Below are positions 43,722 to 58,452 of a DNA stretch of 64,000 nt, one piece after another. The position numbers were made by a program, and so were the translations under genes. This DNA comes from Eledone cirrhosa (Eukaryota): assembly GCA_964016885.1 (NCBI GenBank), contig OZ024754.1:26350001-26414000 (forward strand), in the 5' to 3' direction. Each line of letters starts with the position of its first letter. Within the stretch, counting starts at the first letter, position 1. The notes beneath the pieces were generated by a model, which was not told where the DNA came from, did not search any database, and saw only the letters and a program-made list of their open reading frames with translations.

Positions 43722-43777
43722 TATATTTAGAGATTAAACTCTTAGTCGTTTACAATTAAGCAGCTCAAAGAAAGAGG

Positions 43778-43930
43778 CATTTCTGAGCAGTGAAATACAA
43801 GTTATATATTAATATATATGATAAACACATACGTGTTTGTATTGCAGCAGACTTTGTCTGTTGCAATACAAACACGTTTTGTGTTTATCATATATATTAA
43901 TATATAACTTGTATTTCACTGCTCAGAAAT
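43778..43930. repeat. Near-perfect ~150 bp palindrome
   Basis: atttctgagcagtgaaatac...gtatttcactgctcagaaat centred on cagactttgtctg. Confidence 0.9.
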
Positions 43931-44558
<628 letters not shown>

Positions 44559-44614
44559 GTAAGTATGTATGTATACGTACATACATATATGTATACAGAC
44601 GTACAGTAGCATGC

Positions 44615-44647
<33 letters not shown>

Positions 44648-44814
44648 CACATATGCATACAGGTACACATACATATATGCACGCATCAGTTTAGCCGACG
44701 TTTATTATAACGCAGCTTTGTTCGCTTGTTTGTCAACAAAGCGGACAGCCTGAATTTATGCCATACGGTGTTAAAGCAACCACGTCACCTTTTTGTTCAA
44801 CACTGACACAGGAA

Positions 44815-44855
44815 CGATGTACTAGTTTCAAGCTTGTTAGCTATCATCAGCACCG
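44815..44855 (-). ncRNA. Hammerhead ribozyme, array unit 1
   Basis: cggtg-CTGATGA-tagctaacaagctt-GAAA-ctag-TA-catcg. Confidence 0.78.
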
Positions 44856-45091
44856 TTTACCCATCTGCCAGATAGTTGAACGTTCGAAAGTATATACTTT
44901 CCTTATGAAAATTAACGGCTGAGCAGCCTAATTTGCATATTGAGTGAGTTAAATCGGTCAGACATACCGAAAACGACAAGTTGAAAAAAAATGAAAACGA
45001 AATTTCATTTCTCACACTTAGTATGGCACTTACTTAAATGTAAGTATGTATGTATACGTACATACATATATGTATACAGACGTACAGTAGC

Positions 45092-45148
<57 letters not shown>

Positions 45149-45315
45149 CACATATGCATACAGGTACACATACATATATGCACGCATCAGTTTAGCCGAC
45201 GTTTATTATAACGCAGCTTTGTTCGCTTGTTTGTCAACAAAGCGAACAGCCTGAATTTATGCCATACGGTGTTAAGGCAACCACGTCACCTTTTTGTTCA
45301 ACACTGACACAGGAA

Positions 45316-45356
45316 CGATGTACTAGTTTCAAGCTTGTTAGCTATCATCAGCACCG
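45316..45356 (-). ncRNA. Hammerhead ribozyme, array unit 2
   Basis: Identical motif. Confidence 0.78.
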
Positions 45357-45596
45357 TTTACCCATCTGCCAGATAGTTGAACGTTCGAAAGTATATACTT
45401 TCCTTATGAAAATTAACGGCTGAGCAGCCTAATTTGCATATTGAGTGAGTTAAATCGGTCAGACATACCGAAAACGACAATGTGAAAAAAAATGAAAACG
45501 AAATTTCATTTCTCACTCTTAGTATGGCACTTACTTAAATGTAAGTATGTATGTATACGTACATACATATATGTATACAGACGTACAGTAGCGTGC

Positions 45597-45627
<31 letters not shown>

Positions 45628-45794
45628 CACATATGCATACAGGTACACATACATATATGCACGCATCAGTTTAGCCGACGTTTATTTTAACGCAGCTTTG
45701 TTCGCTTGTTTGTCAACAAAGCGAACATCCTGAATTTATGCCATACGGTGTTAAGGCAACCACGTCACCTTTTTGTTCAACACTGACACAGGAA

Positions 45795-45835
45795 CGATGT
45801 ACTAGTTTCAAGCTTGTTAGCTATCATCAGCACCG
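45795..45835 (-). ncRNA. Hammerhead ribozyme, array unit 3
   Basis: Identical motif. Confidence 0.78.
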
Positions 45836-46072
45836 TTTACCCATCTGCCAGATAGTTGAACGTTCGAAAGTATATACTTTCCTTATGAAAATTAACGGCT
45901 GAGCAGCCTAATTTGCATATTGAGTGAGTTAAATCGGTCAGGCATACCGAAAACGACAAGTTGAAAAAAAATGAAAACGAAATTTCATTTCTCACTCTTA
46001 GTATGGCACTTACTTAAATGTAAGTATGTATGTATACGTACATACATATATGTATACAGACGTACAGTAGCA

Positions 46073-46144
<72 letters not shown>

Positions 46145-46311
46145 CACATATGCATACAGGTACACATACATATATGCACGCATCAGTTTAGCCGACGTTT
46201 ATTATAACGCAGCTTTGTTCGCTTGTTTGTCAACAAAGCGAACAGCCTGAATTTATGCCATACGGTGTTAAGGCAACCACGTCACCTTTTTGTTCAACAC
46301 TGACACAGGAA

Positions 46312-46352
46312 CGATGTACTAGTTTCAAGCTTGTTAGCTATCATCAGCACCG
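46312..46352 (-). ncRNA. Hammerhead ribozyme, array unit 4
   Basis: Identical motif. Confidence 0.78.
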
Positions 46353-46551
46353 TTTACCCATCTGCCAGATAGTTGAACGTTCGAAAGTATATACTTTCCT
46401 TATGAAAATTAACGGCTGAGCAGCCTAATTTGCATATTGAGTGAGTTAAATCGGTCAGGCATACCGAAAACGACAAGTTGAAAAGAAATGAAAACGAAAT
46501 TTAATTCGTAAACATATTATACCATTCAATTGTTTTAGATTATTTTAACGC

Positions 46552-46591
<40 letters not shown>

Positions 46592-47009
46592 GGTATCAAT
46601 CGAAGCTGCAGCTGCACTATAGCAGATGCCCATCGTATTATTACATTTGACCGCTGTATAAGGCTTAAAATGACGGGAAAATTTGTCAGCCCCGCTTTGG
46701 TGTAATATCAGTGCATCGTCCGGCATATGGCAGGTGTGAGGTTGAGTCTCATGGGCGATACTGTTCACCCCATTTTTCATCTCTAGGGTCTTGTACGACT
46801 ACTTTTCATAGTAAAAAACCGGTGCCAAAGCAGTTACCTTTAAGCTAATATACATTCAATATATATATATATTTTTTCACACAGACATACACACACACAC
46901 ACACACATATATATATTTTGAGAATATGTTGGTTGTATACCAACACCTCAGTATACAAATTGGAGCACTCGACGAAGTGCGCAGGTTGGTTTGGTTACTC
47001 CGGAGTAAT

Positions 47010-47299
47010 GTAAAATAAAATAAATAAGTCAAATGTTTAAAATTTGGCTTCGTTTATTACTGCTATATATATTTCGGTGACAGCCATCTATGGCTGTGAC
47101 CTCTTCAGGCAGTCCGAATTAGTGTGGTAGAGACGAGTACACATGTTGAGGTGTTTAACTTTGTCAATACTCTGTATCAATACTTTATACCACACTAATT
47201 CGGACTGCCTGAAGAGGTCACAGCCAAAGATGGCTGTCACTGAAATATATATAGCAGTAATAAACGAAACCAAATTTTAAACATTTGACTTATTTATTT

Positions 47300-47306
<7 letters not shown>
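47010..47306. mobile_element. Foldback mini-element with two outward-facing HHRs
   Basis: 47010-47129 is the inverse of 47188-47306. Motif actgc-CTGAAGA-ggtcacagcca..tggctgtcac-GAAA-tatata-TA-gcagt at 47059-47113 (-) and 47204-47258 (+). Confidence 0.85.
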
Positions 47307-47332
<26 letters not shown>

Positions 47333-47340
<8 letters not shown>

Positions 47341-47700
47341 TATTTGAATAAACATGCATTCAGATTCGCTGGTTAAATAGAGTCCAAACACAAACTATAT
47401 ATATATATACATATATATATAGTTTGTGTTTGGACTCTATTTAAACAGCGAATCTGAATGCATGTTTATTCAAATATGCATCTATATGTGAAAATTATTC
47501 ATTATATATATCTTTATATATAAAGATATATATATAATGAATACTATATATATAAAGATATATATATATATAAAGATATATATATATACAGATATATATA
47601 TATAAAGATATATATATATAATGAATACTTTTCACATATATATGCATATTTGAATAAACATGCATTCAGATTCGCTGTTTAAATAGAGTCCAAACACAAG
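47333..47700. repeat. Double foldback (A - A' - A) of a ~65 bp segment
   Basis: tgcatatttgaataaacatgcattcagattcgc at 47337 and 47643, with its inverse at 47420-47481. Confidence 0.85.
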
Positions 47701-48156
47701 AGGTGCTCGACAGTTTTCGACTGACTGATTATTGACATCTCATCACGGGGAGTTTAATCATGTTATCTCATAGCTAGAGTCACCAGCCTACTCTTTAATA
47801 ATGAATAAAGCATCAAGTACTAGACATCGATTGTTGTTCATTTGCATAGCAGTACATTCACTGTTAGTATATATGAATAATTTAAGAGACAGCAGGAATA
47901 TATATATATAAGGGTATTGTAGTTTGCTTGAAGCCTTGATGAATAGGAAATACAAATTTAAATAATTTTGAAAATCATACAATGCACTAGAAAGAAAATC
48001 AAGATTGCTAAGATAACAAAATAATCTTACCTATGAGAGACTTAAATCTGCTTTCCAAACAAACAACTCAACTCCATTCGATATTTTAAGTCTCTCATAG
48101 GGTTACTTCCGTGATAATGGGATTATCAAATTTGATAAGGTAACATTTCATATATA

Positions 48157-48269
<113 letters not shown>

Positions 48270-48309
48270 TACAAATATTAATAAAATACATGTTCTTTTT
48301 ATCAATTAC

Positions 48310-48362
48310 ATTTTATTATACATATTTCAGATGTACAACAGTACGTCCTCATCAGACAAAAT
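48310..48362 (-). ncRNA. Type I hammerhead ribozyme
   Basis: attttgt-CTGATGA-ggacgtactgttgtacatct-GAAA-tatgta-TA-ataaaat. Confidence 0.75.
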
Positions 48363-48700
48363 ATAATGATACATGACACACCCTGAGATGTTAAATGGTT
48401 AAGATTTAATCAAGGTAGTGATTAACCTAAGAGAAAGAGATTTTAAAATGAATGATACTTCAATTTATCAGGGAAAGCGGTCAATGAGAGCCGCTGAGAT
48501 AATATATATAGAGAGAGGGAATATATGTAGGAGATTTTCCGAAAGTTAAACGGTTAAGTTTGAAAATATTTAATTTATGCTATTTTAGGGTGAAGAATCA
48601 AGATTTAATTTTTTTTTTTTAAATTGCAGGTTATTTATTAGTTTTGTAAATTCAATAAGTGTTTTAACATTTCTAAACCTTATATATATATATATATATA

Positions 48701-48902
48701 TATGAAAAAGTGTGTCCTTCATCAGTGGTCTTCCAACCGTCCTAGCCATTTCATCGCTTTAAAGATCATATACCTCAGGTTGGTGCGAGCAACGGCTAAA
48801 AAAAGGCCGTTGCTCGCACCAACCTGAGGTATATGGTCTTTAAAGCGATGAAATGCCTAGGACGGTTGGAAGACCACTGATGAAGGACAAACTTTTTCAT
48901 AT
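48701..48902. repeat. ~200 bp palindrome with a third arm copy at 49430-49533
   Basis: Arms 48701-48797 and 48806-48902. Confidence 0.9.
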
Positions 48903-49530
48903 GTAACCCATTTGCAACGCCGCAGCTCCATTATTATCATATTTACACATATATTTTTCCTCTGCTGCTACCCGTCTGTTTCGTTCTTTGTATCTTTACC
49001 CTTTCTAGCAGTCTCTCTCTCTCTGTTAGCCTCTTCCTCACCTCACCCTTCACTCACTCATTCTCTGTCACTACCTCTCCTCCTCCTCTTTCTTCCCGTT
49101 TGACCTGTCCGTAATTCTTTTCTCGCGCGCTCTTGGCCAAGCCGGTATGAATTTTTTTTTCTCTCTCTCTCTCTCGTCTGCGACTTCACAGAACTTATGT
49201 TTACCGAATTTGCAGACCCGATCCCTTCTTCCTCCCGTTAGACCTGTGCGAAATTCCTTCCTTGCTCACATTTCAACCAGGTTTGATGGTCTTTATTCTC
49301 TTGTTCACGATTTCACCGAATTTATATTCATAGAAATCTGAGACTTGTCTCTTTCTTCATCACTTTCTGTTGCTTAAACCATTTTGTTTGTTTACCCTAG
49401 CGTCCCCTTTATTTACGTGTCCCAACGACTTTTTTTAGCCGTTGCTCGCACCAACCTGAGGTATATGGTCTTTAAAGCGATGAAATGCCTAGGACGGTTG
49501 GAAGACCACTGATGAAGGACAAACTTTTTC

Positions 49531-49597
<67 letters not shown>

Positions 49598-49689
49598 CAA
49601 GATGTATGGTAGGTCGTACGTGAATCGCGATGATCACGCCTGGCCTACCAAATATGCGACGGTAGCTAGTTAAGCTCTATGCGTATAAG

Positions 49690-52600
49690 CAGAGCAGAAA
49701 TATTAATGAAAATGAACAAAGGAACTATTATGACATTATAACAAGTTTATTGCCGACAGCCGTTTCGTCCGACCATATGGTGGGACTTTTCAAGGCATAT
49801 AACAGGTGATTGTAAGTTCATTATTTACATCAACGTTTCACTCAAGATTAGCAGTTTGAAATTGTGGTATACATCAACAGCTCCGCTTGTATATTTGGGG
49901 TCTATATTCTAAGGGGGCTCTTTTATATTAGTTGTAGGAGTTGTAAAAGGGATGGGTTATAGGGAGTTAAGAGAATTTGAAAAGGGCCTAAGAGTTGGGG
50001 ATTGAAGGTTAAAAATTAGAGAATTTATAAGTTACGCATTAAAAGTAAAAGACTTGGGATCACGTAGAAGCACCTTAAAAAATCCCTCAATAAGTGCATA
50101 ACGCTTATAAGCCCCAATAAACCTAACAAACCAGAAGAGATTAAGAGACTAAAAAAATAAAAAAATAAAAATATAAAGTTTCCTAAAAAATTCCTTCAAA
50201 AGAAAAAAATTTTTTCTAAGAGATCCCGTTAAAAAATTTCAGAAAATTTACGAAGTTTTGATAATCCCTACTAAAGTTCTAAACTCAGAAATTAAAAATT
50301 AAAAATTAAAAATTAAAAATTAAGGAAAAGAACTTTCAATAAGATTTAACAGGTTAATAAAGTTAATGATTTAGGGAGTACATAATATAAATATTAAGCT
50401 TTAAGTTAGGATTTGAATTTTAAGAGTTCCAAACCCCGAAGTTAAAAAATTTAATGAATTTAAGATTAAGCAATCTTATATATCCATGATTAAAAATTAA
50501 CGATTAAGGGGTTGAACATTACATTTAATTTTAAAAATTAAGAAATAAATAGTTGAAAGAAACTAATCAATTAAAGGTTAATTCAAAAAGCCTTTAAAAA
50601 ATCCCTCAGAAGAGGCCCCTTTAATATTTTTAATAAGAACCTCTTCCGAAAGACCCTTCAAAGAATTAAAATTTTAGAGAGCCTTTAAAGATATATATAA
50701 ATGAATTGAGGAAAATTACAAATTAAAAGTTAAAAATTATGGGATTTGGGAGATCCGAGGGATTTTCAAAGGGCTGCTACAACAGATACAACTTAGGTAT
50801 AATAGATAAAGTAATTTAAGTAATTTAAGTAATCTAATTAGGGAGCAATTCAAAGAGCTGATCAAGTTGGGCAAGATTAAAGAAAATGATAAGTAAGAAA
50901 ATATATAAGCAAAAAGACAATAATTATAAAATGTATTTTTAAGAAGGTATAAGGTAGCTTCAGTAATCTAATAATGTACTATCAAAAAATTATTATAAAA
51001 TTATTAATATAGGATTAACAAAGACATAATAATATATTCCTGCCTAATTAACAAACAATCAATAAACAATTAACAATCAAGCAAAATTTGCTCAGGGATA
51101 TCCCACGCTCGGATACTTTACACACATACAGCAACACATAGGATTAACAAAGACATAATGGTATATTCCTGCCTAATTAACAAACAATCAATAAACAATT
51201 AATAGTCATGTAAATTCACTCAGGGATATCCCACGCACCGATACTTTACACACATACAGCAAGATGAACAATATAGGTGACCTTGTAGGTGCGATATCCA
51301 TTGTGCGCATGTAGTCATCTGCATAGCTCCAGGCACAGTTGGTCTTGTTTAAAAGTTCAGAGTTCACGAATCAACTGGGATTCACTATCAGCTGTGTGGA
51401 CTCTGGGAAATGTACCTGTGGATCAAATAGCTAGTGGTCGCAGGGTGTGGTCCGTTCGATCTTTTAGTTTCGGGGATTGCACGCGTTTGCGATAGATCAG
51501 CCTGCCGGTTCTAAATCCAAGGTCTCGCTGTATAGGAAGTATTGGTGTACATGATATATTGGTAAAAAAAGTCCAGTATGGACTTGACTGGGGTGGTATA
51601 TTGCGTCTCTCGCTAATATCCCCTCCTCTCACGAACTCCAAGCACAGACGCGACAGGTCAAATGCTAAGGACTGTCCCCTCTTTGCTTATTGTAGGGGTC
51701 GGTTCTAGCTTAGATGGTGGTCGTGTTATCCATATTCCGTCAGCCATGCATATTCAAGACAGATCAGGGTATATATTTGCGGGTATGGTCCAGCGTCTAC
51801 GCTATCCAAAGGGTCTCTCTTGTGGTATTTTCAAATTCGCATGTCATCTCCCGGTTAAGTCTGCGCATGCTTCGTTGAATCTCGTGCATGGGATCTTGGG
51901 GTATCATATTACACGGGGTGACTAGCAGAAAATATATATTCCATGCTATCGCGCACGCGCTGGCCTGTGGCTACGACCATGTCCAGTCTCGGGTAGTAGC
52001 AGACAGCAGGTAGACCAGTTAGATACACCCCCGCTCAAGGGGCACAGCCCCTAACTTATCGAGTGGTCAGACATCAAGGGAGTCAACTCTCCAAGCCCAT
52101 TATGTCAACCGTGGTAATATACAAAAAAATCCCTATTAATAAAGAACTAACTCAAAAAACCCACTATTAATAAAGAACTAATTCAAAAAAAATGAATGGG
52201 GGAGAATGGGGAGGGGCATCTATTTGGGCGGGGGTTTACTAGGGGAGGGGGGGGGGGTTGATTGGTTATAGGCAGGGAGCGGCTGCCATATTGGGTGTTC
52301 TGCTACTGTTTCCTTGGGCAAATTCCCGAATTTGTTGATATACATCTCCGATGGCACCCCCAGACCAGTCAACGTGGGTCCAGGCACTCGCAATGTCCCA
52401 CACCGCAGGCATCAGCTGCCCCCAGGGCGCCCAGCAACAATGCTGCCACCAATCCAAAATTGGCAAGTGGGACACAGGGTCGACTGTTCCTCACCAGAGT
52501 CCCCATCGACAATCGGGGAGCCGAGGCATCAATGTGGCCGGGGTTACTCAAGAGCACCCTATTCGCCAGCGGGGCAGCCATTTGCGGGACAGGGTGGGGT

Positions 52601-53660
52601 CAGGGTTAGGTGTCTGGTCTGAAGAAAAAGAAAGAGCTAAGTATAGTATGGGGGCAGGACGAGAAGATTTCTGACCTCCTGTTGAGCAAGTTGAGTCCTG
52701 AGAATACTATGGCATGAGATTCAGTTAGGCACAGGCTACAAAACCTGCTCAACGAGCTATATGGAGGAGCTTTAGTAAGGCATCTCCAGCTTAGTGTGTA
52801 GGGGGGTTTTTTGTTTGTTTTAAGTTATGTATGTGTCCCGCTAACGACGTGGTATTTTTAAGCTTCTCATTTCGGAAGCTATGCTGGTGGGCGTTGAATC
52901 TCGTCTTGAACTGGTTAGCGGTTGACCCCACATACGTCTTAGTATACGTGTCTGTGGTTACGTTACAAGCATATACTACGTTCCTAATAAGGCAGTGTCC
53001 AGCTAGTGGGCATTTGTCCTTCCGTCTGCAATTACACTTTCTAATAGGGTCATGCTCCTCAATCGGGGGTGCATGTCTCTCCAAGCGGCCGCGGGGCTGC
53101 CTAGTGGGACCGGTTCTATTGCCTGTTAACCCCCTGGGTCTTTAACTCAGTGGGTCGGTCCCATGTTGTCGTGTGTACTGTCATGGTTCACTATTTCGGA
53201 TGGCCTTAAGTCCGTCTTTAATCTTACTCTTATTGGTCTTAGCTAGGTGGGAGACCAGATTAGGGGTTGTCGAGTACGATAGTTTGATAGTATTCTTATT
53301 GATGACACTACCGTACCTACTACTTGGGGGGAAGTTCTTATCTATTAAAGAGAAAAAAGATTTGGGGAGGTCTGTAGTAATATTAGAGTTGAAGGGCGGG
53401 TTAAAGAAGGTACTATCACGTCTTCTATTCCTACCACTGCGTTTCTTATCCCCTATGCTGCTTACCCTCCCTTCATCTAGATTATTACGGATTCTACCAG
53501 GTGTGCTTGCTGGGCTCCCAATGGTATGTGTGTTGGTCTCGAATCTCCTAGACCTCTGGCCCCCGTTTTCACTGTTGGACTTGCTTGGGGCGGCATAACG
53601 CTTTCCAGGCGCGCGGGCCCTATCTGTGTCTGCATTGCTAGTGTTGTTGTTCTTAGCTAA
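49690..53660 (-). mobile_element. Naiad-type PLE 3' fragment with ~2.9 kb 3' region ending in an HHR
   Basis: 52630-53410 encodes FFNPPFN, CNCRRKDKCPLAGHCL, YVGST and CSLC, with stops. Confidence 0.75.
49749..49799 (-). ncRNA. Hammerhead ribozyme, U3-A8 core variant
   Basis: tgcc-TTGAAAA-gtcccaccatatggtcggac-GAAA-cggctg-TC-ggca. Confidence 0.8.
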
Positions 53661-53903
53661 ATTATATATATATATAATTATATATTCGAGTATATATTTT
53701 CAACAGTAATACTATACAATATATTTTCAACCGTAATACTGTACTATATATTTTCAACAGTAATACTATATTACACAGACGGCTTATCGTCTGTTTATCC
53801 AAGCGAAGCTAGGTACGTCAGCTATATATATCTACCTGGATGCCGTAGAACACACCAATGGTAGCCGTGCGCCAGCCAGACGGCCAGATAGTATATATAT
53901 ATT

Positions 53904-53966
<63 letters not shown>

Positions 53967-54012
53967 GTATATATATATATAAATATATATAAATATATAT
54001 ATATATATATAA

Positions 54013-54108
<96 letters not shown>

Positions 54109-54149
54109 GTAGGAGGTGAGTTTTATTGTAGCACCAATTCCTTCACCTA

Positions 54150-55780
54150 TTTTGGCTCCACTTCCACCTCTTTTAAAGCTCGTCTCTATAATCATCATTC
54201 ATCTTTTAAATACAAACTTAAAAGAACCAACACGGCTCTCTCAGAACTCATATGGTCCTTGAAAGACAAAAACATTAAATATACCATCTTTTGGAAGAAG
54301 GTTTCTTCTGCGTCCTCATACTTGAACAGCTCTCTATCTAAAATCTGTAATCTCTGCCTAAATGAAAAATTTACCATTATCTCTAACCTAGATTCTATAA
54401 TAAATAGACGTACAGATTTGTTTTCTATCTGCCTGCATAAATTCCATAGGACTTTTCACAAAGTATACAGCTAATATTCAATTCTTTATCAATTTAGAAT
54501 CTTTTCTCAAAGGCACATATACATACACCTCTTTAAAATATACCCATCTTCCTACCTTACTTCAAAGGGCATTATACACTCTATAATACTTGTTTACTCA
54601 TTACCCTCACTCTATCTTCACCTTATAAAATCCTTCAGAACATATACATTTGTTTTTTTGACGTTAGAATATTCATCCGCAATTATTATTATTTTTTCTC
54701 TCCATCATCAAACTTTTTAATCTCAATACATTAACTCCCCCTCCTCCTTTTTTTGACGCTAGAATATTCATCCTTAATAATATATTTTTTTCTTCCCATC
54801 AACTAACTCATTCTTAATACATATTAACTCTTTCTTCGCACAAATTATCAATTCCTTCAATATAAAAACCTTAACTTCACATTATTTTTCTCAAATCATC
54901 TAATACACAAACCTTAATAATTTTAATACATATTAACTCTTTCTTCGCACATATTATCAATTCCTTCAATATACAAACTTTAACTTCTACACACAAACCT
55001 TAATAATTTTTTTCTCTTCGTTAATTTTGAAATTGCCATAATACTTATAAACATACACCTTTTTGACGTTAGAATATTCATCCGCAATTATTATTTTTTT
55101 CTCTCTATCTTCAAACTTTTTAATATCAATACATATCAACTCCCTCTCTTTCCCTTCGTTAATTTTCAAATTTAATTTATACATTATCTTCCAACGGTTC
55201 TCAACCTCTCTATGTAAAACAATATATCTTTTCTCAGTTATAAAAAACTATCTCTTTCTCTCTATCACCCATCTCTCCCTCTCCACCTTCACTCTCATCT
55301 CCTCCCCTTTTTTCATCCTCCCCCCCCCCCTCTCTAAATAAAATATTTTTTCCTCGTACATATATTTCCCTTCGTTAATTTTCAAATTCTTTTAATTTAT
55401 ACATTATCTTCCAACGGTTTTCAACCTCTCTATATAAAACAATATATCTTCTCTCAGTTATAAAAACTATCTCTTTCTCTCTATCACCCATCTCTCCCTC
55501 TCCACCTTCACTCTCATCTCCTCCCCTTTTTTCATCCTTTCCACCCCCCCTCTCTAAATAAAATATTTTTCCCAATATCACACATCAATCTAAACTACTT
55601 TTCATATGTTGATTTAAAACTGCACTATCCACAAGTGTTTTTTAGCCTTCATATCATGTTCTCCTGTTTTATCTGATGAAAACACAAATATTATTGCATG
55701 ATGATGTTTGTTTTTGAAATGCGCATAATAAAATACATGGAACTCCTTTAACCATCTTTTGATCTTATATATTATATATT
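54150..55780 (+). mobile_element. Naiad-type PLE 3' fragment with HHR at 55665-55737
   Basis: TALSELIW, CNLCLNEK and SICLHK at 54180-54474. Internal ~210-225 bp duplication at 55148-55572. Confidence 0.85.
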
Positions 55781-55831
55781 TATATATATATATTATATAT
55801 TTATATATATATATTTATATATATATATATT

Positions 55832-55871
<40 letters not shown>

Positions 55872-55899
55872 TATATATATATTTATATATATATAAATT

Positions 55900-55948
<49 letters not shown>

Positions 55949-55981
55949 ATTTATATATATATATATTTATATATATATATT

Positions 55982-56089
<108 letters not shown>

Positions 56090-56164
56090 TATACTTGTCG
56101 AGTGCTTTTATATCAGTTATAAATATTTACTAGTTGTAACCCAACAATTTAAATATAACTTTCC

Positions 56165-56236
<72 letters not shown>

Positions 56237-56259
56237 ATATTTATATATATACATATATT

Positions 56260-56357
<98 letters not shown>

Positions 56358-56358
<1 letters not shown>

Positions 56359-57655
56359 GTAGGTGGTGAGTTTTATTGTAGTACAATAAAGCAATGCAGA
56401 TATCGGATAAGAAGCACTCTACAGTTTGTAGGACTGGAGTATACATAATATATAAGATCAAAAGATGGTTAAATGAGTTTCATGTATTTTATTATGCGCA
56501 TTTCAAAAATAAATATCATCATGCAATAACAATTGTGTTTTCATCAGATAAAATAGGAGGACATGATATGAAGGTTAAAAACACTTGTGGATAGTGCAGT
56601 TTTAAATCAACATATGAAAAGTAGTTTTAGATTGATGTGTGACATTGGGGAAAAAATCTTTTTGTGGGGGGGGGGGGGGGGGTTGGAAAGGATGAAAAAG
56701 AGGAGGAGATGAGAGTAAAAAGTGGAGGGGGAGGAGTATAATGAGGAAGGATGAGATAGGAGGAGAGATGGCTGATAGAGAGAGAGAGAGAGATAGCTTT
56801 TATAACTGAGAAAAATATATTGTTTTACATAGAGAGGTTGAAAAACCGTTGGAAGATAATGTATAAATTAAAAGAATTTGAAAATTAACGAAGAGAAAAA
56901 TAATGTAAAGTTAAGGTTTGTATATTGAAGGGTTTAATAATATGTGCGATGAAAAGAAATTGTTAATATGTCTTAAGAATAATATTTAAGGGTTTAATAA
57001 TATGTGCGATGAAAAGAAAATGTTAATATGTATTAAGAATAATTTTAAGGGTTTAATAATATGTGCGATGGAAAGAAAATGTTGATATGTATTATTAAAA
57101 AAACAGAAGTAATGTAAGTAAGGATATATTGTGAGATGAGCATGAATAAGTTAGATGAAAGTGAGAAAAAAATAATGAAAAGAGGATGAATAATCTAACG
57201 TCAAAAAAAATGTTTATGTTTACGAAGGATTTTTTCAAAGTGATATAAAGTAAGAATATAGTGTATTGTGTAATAATTGTTTCTATGTTAAGCACAGTGA
57301 GAAAAAGGTACAGATTAGGGGCTGGAAATTAAAAGAAAAAGAAAAGAAAAGGAAAAGGAAGAAAGGGAAGTGATGAATAGGAATGATATAGAATATGATA
57401 AATAACTTTGAAATAAGGTAGAAAGATGGGTATATTTTTAAAGAAGTATATATATATATATATATATGTGCCTTTGAGAAAAGGATTCTGAATTGATAAA
57501 GTTTAGGATATTAGCTGTATACTTTATGGAAAGTTCTGTGGAATTTATGCAAGCAGATAGAAAACAAGTCAGTGCGTCTATTTATTATAGAATCTAAATT
57601 AGATATAATGGTAAATTTTTCATTCAGACAGAGATTGCAAGTCTTGGATAGAGGG
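56358..57655 (-). mobile_element. Second, diverged copy of the same PLE 3' end in opposite orientation, HHR at 56484-56556
   Basis: Reverse complement of 54330-55775 with many substitutions and indels. Confidence 0.85.
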
Positions 57656-57835
57656 CAAAAATTATCTCCTGTGATTATTCATGTATATTTATATGTTAAT
57701 CAATTTCTAGTTATTATAAAATGCTCAGATTTATCTTAGAGCTTAATTTCCAGGTCATATGGCGCATGCCATTATGGCATGACACCCACAATTTCGATTT
57801 AGATTAAATTCATTTAATTTATTTTATCTTAATTT

Positions 57836-57909
<74 letters not shown>

Positions 57910-57998
57910 TATGTATATATATATATATACACATATATTCGCTCTCCCTCTCTGTGTATATACGGTTCGTATATATATATAAGTAGAGGCATACTCAC

Positions 57999-58170
57999 CA
58001 CCATAGGCGCTGAGCTGGCCACCCGCAGGTGTGAGCCCCGGGAGTTGGAGTGATTTTTCCAGCGCGTCTCCCTTGCCGTCCCCCGGGGAAACGCCTTCTC
58101 CATTCTGTCCGCCGGGGCTGTGGGTGGGCCCATCGCGTACCAATACATTAGTTAAATACCATTCTTTCAT
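57999..58170 (-). CDS. Candidate first coding exon of an unidentified host gene
   Basis: GC-rich stretch unique in this window. ATG at 58170 stays open to a consensus donor G|GTGAGT at 57999/57998. Upstream ACTTCCG motif and (GA)n. Confidence 0.4.
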
Positions 58171-58335
58171 CGTTACAACTTATATCCACATTAATGACGT
58201 ATTATCTTTGATTGTAGCTATAGTCCCGCTGTGCAGCACTTATATCAAGTGTCTTCTACTATATCTTCGAGTTGACCAATGCATTGTGAGTAGAAATTGC
58301 TAGACGGAAACTGCGGAAGTTCATCTTCTCCCTCC

Positions 58336-58386
<51 letters not shown>

Positions 58387-58387
58387 T

Positions 58388-58452
<65 letters not shown>

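Noticed and set aside
47705-47752. Minus-strand HHR-like motif (GTGATGA...GAAAactgtc); similar TTGAAAA...GCAA motif at ~27525-27560
   Set aside because: Core positions are mutated and stems are weak; possibly decayed, so not counted.
48840-48902. Hammerhead in the palindrome (GAAA...CTGATGA)
   Set aside because: No stem II partner or properly placed downstream GAAA; at most a truncated core.
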